The translations under genes were made by a program, and so were the position numbers. A DNA stretch of 64,000 nt, taken from the NCBI GenBank assembly GCA_054600435.1, contig BAAIJX010000001.1, positions 1,054,001-1,118,000 on the forward strand, written 5' to 3'. Under the pieces are notes generated by a model. It was not told the origin of the DNA, did no database searches, and saw nothing but the letters and a program-made list of their open reading frames with translations. The stretch is from Neophaeotheca triangularis (lineage: Eukaryota). Shown here in pieces: positions 13,700-22,531 of the stretch (positions are counted from its first letter, which is position 1; each line of letters opens with the position of its first letter).

Positions 13700-14072
13700 A
13701 GGTGAAATCCCTTATAACTACTAGGCACCTTCGCTCTACTAACTTAGGGCGTAATCCCTTTTAACTATTAGGTACCTTCGCTCTACTAACTTAGGGCGAA
13801 ATCCCTTTAACTATATAGTACCTCCGCTCTACTAAAGCGAGGCTTATACCTCTAAGCTTATCCTAGTATAGCTTTATACTCTCTACGAGCTCTATATAGA
13901 CTAGCGTTTTAACAGCTCTTCCTAGTATTAGCTTTGTCCCTCTACGAGCTTTTTCTATAGACTAGCGATTTGACAGCTCTACCTAGTATAGCTTTATCCC
14001 TCTACGAGCTTTTCTATAGACTAGTACTTTAATAGCTCATTCTAGTATGGCTATCGCCCTCTACGAGCTTTT
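13700..14072 (+). repeat. Two tandem repeats in the 3' region of element B (~47 bp x ~3; ~59-60 bp x ~3.5)
   Basis: ACCTTCGCTCTACTAACTTAGGGCG repeated within 13700-13835; CTAGTATAGCTTTATCCCTCTACGAGCTTTTCTATAGACTAG repeated within 13862-14072. Confidence 0.85.
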
Positions 14073-14266
14073 ACGCGAGCGACATATGACCGGTATAGTA
14101 CATAGTATATTTATCTAAAGCATAAAGGAACTTCCCTATACTACTAAAACTCTCTAGCCTTATTTTAACCCTACCCTGACTTCCTACCACGACTAGCTAT
14201 TACGCTACTACCTCGCGTAGCGCTAATAGCTCCTCTAACACTATAAAGCAAATATAACCCCTCGCC

Positions 14267-14545
14267 GTCGAGACGATTTCTCTATATCGAGATAGCTCTT
14301 CGCTACCGATATGGCCCTATAATGTCTAGATAACCTTTCCCTATTAAGACGACCTCTAGTAGTCGAGACGACTCCTAATAGTTAGGACGACTCCCGATTG
14401 TCGACACGACTCCTAGTAGTTAAGATGACTCCTAGTTGTCGACATGACTCTAAGTAGTCGTCACGACTCCTTGTTGTCGAGACGACTCTAGGTTGTCGAG
14501 ACGACTCCTACTTGTCGAGATGACTTCCCCTTAGGGAAGACGACC
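14267..14545 (+). repeat. Tandem array of ~11-15 x 19-bp units (core GTCGAGACGACT) before the PPT of element B; reverse complement of the 5' array
   Basis: Cores at 14343, 14362, 14381, 14400, 14419, 14438, 14457, 14476, 14495, 14514, with weaker copies from 14267. Confidence 0.9.
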
Positions 14546-14587
14546 TTAGCCTATAAGGACATGTACGCCTCTTAGGGGGGGGGAGTT

Positions 14588-14739
14588 TGTTATAGTAGGA
14601 GGGAGAGAGCCCTTTTAGTTTAGTAGGGAAGGTAGTAGCCCGGCCCTAGGCTAGCTACTTCTACCTCTATAGCTAGATAGCTTCATTTATCTATCTTGTT
14701 TACATCTCACACTTTATGCCACATCTATTAGTCGTAGTA
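14588..14739 (+). repeat. 3' LTR of element B
   Basis: Preceded by the GGGGGGGGGAG polypurine tract, followed by TSD ATTAA. Confidence 0.95.
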
Positions 14740-15813
14740 ATTAAGGAGCTCTTAAGTAACGTTCTCGATAGGTCTATCGACTTTATCCTACTATATAAGA
14801 CAGTGCCTTCCGCGACCGGATCAGTATGTAATACCTACTCTAACGCGAAGTAATCGTGCCTCGAGGTAAGCCTACTATAGCTCTATCGTCATTACGAGTT
14901 TTCACTAACGTCTCTTTAGATCATTCCTAACCTCGCGAGCTAGCGTAGCTATCATGTCTAGATGAACTATACCACTATGCTCTATTATGCTAATCGCGCT
15001 AGTAGTAGCGCCGCTAGTTCGCTAATGTACCTTAAGGTCTTAGAAGTTAACGCTAAGGTCTCCTAGTACTTCTATAAGAATAACTACGCTATCATTCTAA
15101 TAGGGGGCCTTCATCGTTCCGGTCCTAATAACGATAAGATCTTAACTCTATACGATATAGCACACCTAATCACGGATTAAACTCGCGACTTCGCTACGAT
15201 CGTCACTAATGCTGTCGAGAGGCTTATCGCTATCTACTATATAGAAATGTCTATACTTATTAGCGAGATGTCTAGCTACTATCGCGCTACGCCTTCTTCT
15301 TCGCTAGTATACGATATGCCTAGTTTTAGTAAGTCGCCACCTTACGATAAGACCGTTAGTATGCTAGTACTAGTAGTAGCTCCTAAGGTACTAGTAGTAG
15401 AGACTAAGGGTCTAGTTCGGAAGAGTAGTAGGGACGATGCCGGTACGCTACTAGAGGTGTCTTCTAGTAGAAGTTCTTCTTCTTCGCTAGAGTTAGATAA
15501 TAAGGAGGATAAGGCTCTAAAGAAGCCTTCTAGTCTCTTAGGCTTCCTTAGGATTCGCTATAGGGACGACGCTACTCTATTAGTAGGAGAGAATGTAGAG
15601 AAGTCTATTAGTACCGAAGATTAGCTAGAGGCTAATATTGCTAAGGTTTCGAAGGAGTTAGACACTAGGGCTTGAGCGTTTATTAGATTATTTGCATACT
15701 CTCTATAAGCGCTATTGTCCTGTCGCTAGCCTATCTATAGTAGCTATTAATTAAGAAGCTTATGTACTACGTCCTTTTCCTATAGTTTTCTTCTTTTTTC
15801 CTAGCTATGTATT

Positions 15814-18800
15814 CTCAACATTCTTTTTCTTCGGGCTTTATGTTTTCTTTCTATACTTCTTTTTCATGCTACTATAGGTCTACTAGTGTTGCTTAAAGTC
15901 TACGATCGCTTCTTTCGCGTTGTTTAGATGCTTCTCTTTCTCTTAGGTTCCCTCTTCTATTAGCTAATCTTTCTAAAGAACATAGTATGTCTCATTACTA
16001 TTATCGTCGAGACCGGATGCTGTTATTTCGTCGACAACCTATTTATTACCTCTATTGACTTCTCGCTCTACTAGTAGTATGAAGTCGGCGCGTTAGTAGT
16101 ATAGTTCGAGGAGGGAGATATAGAAGATGTTATAGATCTTTCTAAGGTATAGAGGTAGGGCTAATCAGTATACTTATTTTCTAACCCTTATTATAATTCG
16201 GAAGGGCCCTACATAACGTGAGGAGTACTTTTTTGTTAGTCTTAACGTTTTCAGGTTTTTCGCGGAAATAAGAACCTCGTTATTAACACTAAATACTATA
16301 GGATTGTGTTTTTAGTCATAGTATTCCGCCTACTTACTAATAGTATGCCGAATGTTATCCTCGACGACTTTGCGAATTGCTTTCTAGTTTTCGGTTCTTT
16401 CTTAGAGGTTAGGGATTGTTAGTTCGCTACCTCCCTCTCTAACGGCGTTGTCTATAATGCCGCTAGGCTGTTAGGGCTCCGCCCTATAGATAGTAAAGAA
16501 CGGCGACACTTTAGTTAATATACTTATACTATTATTGTGGGCGAATTCAGCCTATATGAGGTAATAAGGCCAATCTGTCTATATAAAGTTAATAAAACAT
16601 CGTAGATACTATTCTATTATCTAGTTTTGCCTCTCCGTCTACCTATCGGACTAAGGGTAGTATGCCGTCGATAACTTACGCTCGGTTTTCTAATACTAAA
16701 GGAGCTCTATCTAAAATGCGGAGGTGAATATACTGTCTCTATTAGTTATAATCGATTTTAGCTTACCGAACTTAGTAAGAATTTCATGCTCGAAAATATT
16801 AGCTAGTTAGTAGGCCCCTATCGCTTCGCTAATAGGGATGTACCTCGTAAACTTTAAGAAGTAGTTAATAATAACTAACATAGAATCGACTATTTCACCC
16901 TTATATGTCTCTACGATAGGCAACTTAACTACTATGTCTATAGACTAATACTTGAAGATCTCATTAGCACCTAGAACCCTTAGCGATTATAATGCGCCGT
17001 AGGGCTAGTAGTAGCGCGACTTGTGTCTTTAGTAGGTATTACACCTAAGGATATACTCTTCGACATCCTTAGTCCACTTAGACTACTAAAACTCCTTATA
17101 GAAGACGGCTTTAGTCTTCCCTACTCCTAGGTATCCTACTAATAGGTCCTCGTAGTAGTAGCTTAGTATAGCGGCCTATAGGCTTTCTACTAGTAGCATA
17201 TATATCTTTCTATTAATCTTAAGAAGTCCTATAAAACTAACCGACTATATAGGCGCGGTGCCGTTAGCGTCTCTATAGTGCTATCCCTTATCGATCTCTT
17301 TACGAATGCATTTAGTAAAGGGGTCTCCCTACTATACATATAATATATCCGCTCTAAGGTCAATTCGGTCTACTACTATATTAGGCTCTCTAATGTCTAG
17401 CTCGGTAATAGCGAGTATACCTAGCTACTTACCTATAGGGTCATGATAGGTTAGCGCTACTATAGCGATAGAGCTAGTTAGGTTTAGTTCACCTCCCCCT
17501 TAGAGCGTTCGCTTAGTGTATATAGTATCATTACTCTAAAGCTTATTGTTTAGAGGACTAGTGTCTCTAGTAGCTATCGTGTAGCCTACTAGCGAGGTAG
17601 CTAATACCTAGTGGTTTACTAGCGCTATGTATCTTAGCGACATAGATAGGATCTCTACTCTATCTTCGGCGGCTATCGTGTAGCTACTCGCCGGAACTTC
17701 GGTAGCCTTATAGGGGCCCGCTAGGGGAGCGAAAAGCCTAGTTAATGTAGGTAGTATTTCTGCCCTACTCAGTTCTCTATTAGCCTCCATGTTAGGATAG
17801 CGCGAGAGCCTATCTACTCTAGGGTTTAATTTACCTTTATAGTATATGATCTCGATGTCGTATTATAATAGCTCTTCTATAGCGCGCGCTTAGCGGCCTA
17901 ACAATTTCTTTATTAATAGGAAGTATTTCAGATTGTTATAATCTATAAGTACCTAAACTTTACTCTTAGCCGACAATATATAGTGCCGCTATTAGCGCGT
18001 CGCCTCGACGATAGCGAGTAGTTCCTAATTATATACTAGATATCGTAACTCTAGCCCTTTAAGCTTCTTAGAGTAGTATATAACTAGATACTATAGCGTG
18101 TCTAAGTGCTGCTATATAAGTATGCCTCCTAATATGTATCCTAATATATTAGTCTTAAGGCGGGTCTCTAGTATAGCGTTAAAGTGCTATAGTACTAGTA
18201 CTGAAATAAAGCTGTACTTCAACCTTTTAAAGGATTTTTAGGCATCTTTACCTAGTAGCTACTATTTACTACTCCTATACTATAGGTAGTCCGTAAGGGG
18301 AGCGGTAATCTTTATATATCCCTCGATGAAGCGACGATAGAAATTCGCGAATCCTAGGAACACTTAGAGTTCTTTTAAGGACTTTAGTATTAGCTAATCC
18401 TAGACTATAGCTATCTATAGGGGCTCCATCGCTATTCCGGTAGAGTTAATAATGAAACCGAGGAATCTAATCTCTTAGACTATGAACTCGTATTTCTCGA
18501 GACTAGTATATAGCTTAGCGTTAGCGAGCTAACGGTAGACCGCTCGAATGTGTTCGTAGTGTTCTACTTTAGTACGGGAATAGATAAGAACATTATCTAT
18601 GTATACTATATAGTAGTGGTCAACTAGCTCTATAAGCACCTTATTAATAAAGGCCTGAAATAACGCTAGTATATTAGCGAGTCTAAAAGGCATGACCTTA
18701 TATTAGAAATAGCCGTACTAATAGCGGAATGCTGTCTTCTACTCGTCGCTCTAGGCGATACGTAAATAGTAGTATGCTTCGACTAAGTCGATTTTCGAAA

Positions 18801-19743
18801 ACCATATTAATCCGCGGACTCTATCTAAGAGTTTACTAATAAGTAGTAAAGGATGCTTATTCTTAATAGTAATTTTATTCAAGCCTCGGTAATCGACGTA
18901 TATATAGAGTTTGCCGTTTTTCTTCTTAACGAATAGTAACGGTATACTAGTAGGGCTAGTACTAGGCTTAATGCGGTCCGTCGCGAGTAGGTTGTTAATC
19001 TACGACTACATTTCCTCGAGCTCTAGCTCGGAACATAGGTAGATTAGTCTACTAGGAGGATTCTTCCCCTCGACTAGTTCAATATAGTAGTCATAAAGCA
19101 TATACGGAGGTAACTCTTTCGCCTTCTCTAATTTAAACACCTTAGCGTACTCTACTAACTACTTAGGTACCCGCGGCTCTACTAGGGTCCTATATAGGTC
19201 TTCTACGCTAATAGCGAGGATAGATGCTCTACCATTAATATCTTAGGCTAGTTCTTCGGCCTCGATAATTTCGACTTCTTCTTTATTATACATACTACTA
19301 TAGCGTCACTATACTAGTAGCGACGCGAAATTAAGCTATGCTTTTATAGATCGGATCTAAGGCATTCTAAGAATCATTTCATAATCCTTCTAGTTTACTA
19401 CTTCGAACATTTGTAGAATAGTCTGAACTATACTGTCTAAATTAGCGACTTTAGTATAGAGTCGACATTAGCTTACTATTAGGGCTTCGATGTCGCTAAA
19501 GGCTCGTAGCCTACGAATCCGGTCACCCTTTATCAGTAGGTTATACTAGACCGCGATGTCTTCTAAGATAATATTATAATACGCTCCTATATCGATAAGC
19601 CTATAGGCCTCGAAGCGTAGCCTGTCGTAGGTTCGATTATATATCTTTACGACTACCTATAGGCGCTCCGTTAATGCACTACCTACTTACTACCCTAAGC
19701 CTTTAAGGCTAACAATTAAATGACCTAGGGCTAGGCTTTTCCC
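15814..19743 (-). pseudogene. pol: pol of element A (protease-RT-RNaseH-integrase-chromodomain), RIP-degenerate
   Basis: One frame contains LID(I>T)GA (~19582-19599), VMPF(R>G)LAN (~18675-18696), VYID(N>D)VLIY (~18580-18606), LSTAY(Y>H)P*SD(R>G)*TERQN (~16624-16674), GPFRI (~16195-16209) and chromodomain YYVL*KD*LIEEGT*E (~15940-15987). End approximate. Confidence 0.92.
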
Positions 19744-20888
19744 TTTCGGCAATTTTCTTACTAGTAGCCTTTACTACTACACTTGAAATAAAGGTTTTCT
19801 TTAAGGGCTTTATTGTTTCATTCGCTACTATTAGTCGAACCTATACGGTTCACACTAGTCGCTAGTGTCCTATTAGTATACTAGTAGCGCGGTTTAGAGT
19901 TATTATCGCTTATACTCTAGTTTTGTTCTCTTTTCTTATAGCTAGAACCTTTTAGGTCGGTCTTATATAGCTTATCTACTATCTCGTCTCTAGCGTCCTA
20001 GCCGCTATAGCTAGTATTGTCGAGGCGTATATAAAGCGCGATGAGGTTATACTAGTTATCTAGTACTATTAGCTAGGCATTTAGCTTAGCCTTAAGGTTT
20101 TCCTATAGACCTATCTTAATGAGGGTAAGGAGTATATACTCTAGTAGTAGAGCGACATCGGCCTCATAGAGGGAGTCTTCGATATACGAGAGGTAGTCGT
20201 GAATAGATTAGGTTGCTCCCTAAACATATCTAAAACCTCAGAACGCTATGTTTATAGCGCGGTTTTCAGGGTCGAGGATCTAATCTAGTAGCTATTCTTT
20301 AAACATAGGCTATTTCATCTCTTTGCGTTCGAGTCGTGACTCTTTACTCTCCTAGTTCTAGCTAATACGGCCGTATAGACAGCCCGTAGTATACTAGACA
20401 TACTCATACTAATAAAAGTAAATATAAGGGTACGTCTTAAACACATACTCGTATTACTAGATAAATGTCTATACTTTTAGGAGGTTAGGGTGACTCCTAT
20501 AAACTACTAGTTTAGCTAAGCGAAAAGCTTTCTTAATATCGATGTAAGACTTTCGCTCCTTTATCGTTATATCGGTAGGTAGATCTTCGTCTACTATCTA
20601 CTTATATACTACTAGGGTAGGGGCAATGTCCGCTAGGTCCTCTAGTTCGATATATCCTCTTTTAGACTCGTCGCGGGGGACCGTCGCTCTATTAGCGGCT
20701 CGCTAAATAGGCGCTATACGCTCTACTAATTGTTGTCGGAGTTCCGTAATAGTAGTAGTAAGGACCGTGTATTAGTCTATAGCCGCCTCTTCTTATTCTT
20801 ATAGGGTGTTAACTCTAGTAATAGTGTTAGGGGAGTCTACTAGGTTAGTATCATCGACCTATAGGCGTAGCGAGTACGATAGTACTAT
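19716..20888 (-). pseudogene. gag: gag of element A (RIP-degenerate) with CCHC zinc knuckle
   Basis: The minus frame reads (Y>C)FKCSSKG(Y>H)**ENCRKGK at ~19740-19790, i.e. CX2CX4HX4C after reversing RIP. A likely start ATA (<ATG) at 20888 is in the same frame. Confidence 0.8.
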
Positions 20889-20937
20889 AATGTCTAAGCG
20901 AATCTTAACCTAAGAAGGTTCTAAGATCGAATAGAAT

Positions 20938-21160
20938 TATAAGACCGAGACTATAACTTAGTTAGGATCACGGCGTAGTAAGAGTAGGACGTAATAATGG
21001 TAATAATAGTAATAGTCCTTTAATATAGAAACTATTCGATAGTAGATAGGAGACTTCACTATTAGCTATCTTATATACTTTCGTAGTATATATACTTAGC
21101 ACTCCTAAGCTACTCCGTAGCTTAGGCCGCCGATGTCCCGCTAGCGCCGCGGTCGTGATA
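20938..21160 (-). repeat. 5' LTR of Gypsy element A
   Basis: Second 223-bp copy; minus-strand TATATAAG at 21070-21077; gag starts ~50 bp downstream. Confidence 0.95.
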
Positions 21161-21339
21161 TAGTCGAGAATTAGGGATTGTTCGTAGCGGTTACGAACAA
21201 TGTAGCGGGATCAGAAATTAGTCGAGTCGGTCGAGTTAGTCATAGCGGACGGAAGCTACTTTAATTAGTCGCAATTCATTCTATGTGTGTCTGTCTAGGT
21301 AGGTGTCTAAGATATAAGTACTAGGGGAGGTGTACCTAT

Positions 21340-22040
21340 AAGGCCCTATCGCATTATGAGGCTCCGTCGTATTATAAGGCCCCGTCGCGTTATAAAGGCC
21401 CCGTCGCATTATGAGGCCCCGTCGCATTATGAGGCCCCGTCGCATTATGAGGCCCCGTCGCATTATGAGGCCCCGTCGCATTATGAGGCCCCGTCGCATC
21501 TTACCCCGTCATATTATAAGGTCGCCGTCGTATTATAAGGCCCTATTACATCTTGCCCGGGCCCCGTCGCATTATGAGGCCCTATCGCATCTTGTCCTAT
21601 CGCATTATGAGGTCGCCGTCGTATTATAAGGCCCCGTCGTATCTTACCCTGTCGTATTATGAGGCCCCGTCGCATCTTGCCCCATCATATTATAAGGTCG
21701 CCGTCATATTATAAGGCCCTATTACATCTTGCCCGGGCCCTATCGTATTATGAGGCCCTATCGCATCTTGTCCCGTCGCATTATGAGGTTGCCGTCGCAT
21801 TATAAGGCCCCGTCGCATTGTGAGGCCCCGTCGCATTATGAGGCCCCGTCGCATTGTGAGGCCCCGTCGCATTATGAGGTCGCCGTCGTATTATAAGGCC
21901 CCGTCATATCTTATCCCGTCGTATCTCGAGATTGCCGTCGCATTATAAGGGCCCGTCGCATCTCGAGGCCCTGTCGTATTGCGAGGTAAGACCCTGTCGT
22001 ATTGTGAGGGCCCGTCGCATCTTGAGGTCGCTATCGCATT
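21340..22040. repeat. 18-bp minisatellite (GAGGCCCCGTCGCATTRT) with interspersed shorter variants, inside the TIR element
   Basis: Directly visible; it produces the spurious (MRRGLI)n and (HYEAPS)n ORFs. Confidence 0.95.
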
Positions 22041-22531
22041 GAAACATTGTTGTCTAGGTAGGGGGGGAAGAATAGGTAGAAGTTTAAGCAGGACATTGGG
22101 ACAGAAATCCGTCGCTGGGTATGCTTGGGTGACCGTCGGGAGTGGGTGATACATCGCACACTGAAACAACAATCGCGCTTCCACTTACGAGCAGAGCGGG
22201 TTTTCGACTTGCACATGCTGTGGCTATAAAATTCAAAAAGCATACCATTGGGTATCATACTAGAAGGTACAAGAGACTGATTACTCCTCGCTCTCGAAAT
22301 GAAGCGACGTCTCTATGGGGCTCCCTGGCAAGTCGAGACTCGTTGCACCAAGCCGTGGCACCATCGCCAGCTGTTGGCCAAAGCTACCATGCTACTCTCT
22401 CTGCGCCCTTGCCATGACTTCTCGCTCATCCACCTGTCTAAAGCATCTAAAACACTTTGTTGAGACCAATCCCGGTCCCCTGTTGTAGCTAATTCATGCC
22501 GTGCTTCGCCTCTCCCAAACCGCCCTCATCT

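Larger units (their letters stand above)
1828..14739 (+). mobile_element. Ty3/Gypsy chromodomain LTR retrotransposon B, 12,912 bp, RIP-inactivated, with a large extra ORF
   Basis: 152-bp LTRs at 1828-1979 and 14588-14739 (TGTTAT...GTCGTAGTA); TSD ATTAA (1823-1827, 14740-14744); G-rich PPT at ~14574-14585; full gag-pol motif set. Confidence 0.95.
1412..15675 (+). pseudogene. Antisense accessory gene of element A (~430 codons, Cys6 zinc-cluster-like motif), split by insertion of element B; segments 1412-1827, 14745-14865, 14920-15675
   Basis: The frame of ORF 1625..1894 continues exactly across the ATTAA TSD into 14745 and on into ORF 15247..15624. Start ATA(<ATG)-CCT-CCG-CGT (MPPRVSKR); candidate intron 14866-14919 (GTAAG...CACTAAC...TAG); TGA at 15673-15675; internal stops are TAA/TAG only. 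Confidence 0.7.
472..21160 (-). mobile_element. Ty3/Gypsy chromovirus LTR retrotransposon A (RIP-inactivated; ~7.8 kb without nested element B)
   Basis: 223-bp direct repeats at 472-694 and 20938-21160; 5-bp TSD TAGTC (467-471, 21161-21165); minus-strand polypurine tract at ~697-710; gag, protease, RT, integrase and chromodomain motifs on the minus strand. Confidence 0.95.
246..22137. mobile_element. Non-autonomous TIR DNA transposon (~1.2 kb once the nested Gypsy elements are removed); outermost layer of the nest
   Basis: GACGGTCACCCAAGCATACCCAGCGACGGATTTCTGTCC at 246-284 is the exact reverse complement of 22099-22137. The match extends to ~64 bp (246-309 / 22074-22137) with only transition mismatches. 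Flanks give TSD GGGA (242-245 / 22138-22141), or CGGGAG (241-246 / 22137-22142) if the termini are 247 and 22136. No transposase remnant seen. Confidence 0.88.

Noticed and set aside
2046..14545. 19-bp arrays (and the 18-bp minisatellite) as CRISPR arrays
   Set aside because: Eukaryotic context, variable parts only ~7 bp, no unique 25-45-bp spacers, no cas genes.
21281..21872. Repetitive ORFs (MRRGLI)n, (HYEAPS)n, (MRPRRI)n
   Set aside because: Translations of the 18-bp minisatellite, open in several frames on both strands; not genes.
246..22137. Starship or Polinton/Maverick giant element
   Set aside because: No tyrosine-recombinase captain, PolB or capsid remnants; the length is explained by two nested Gypsy elements.
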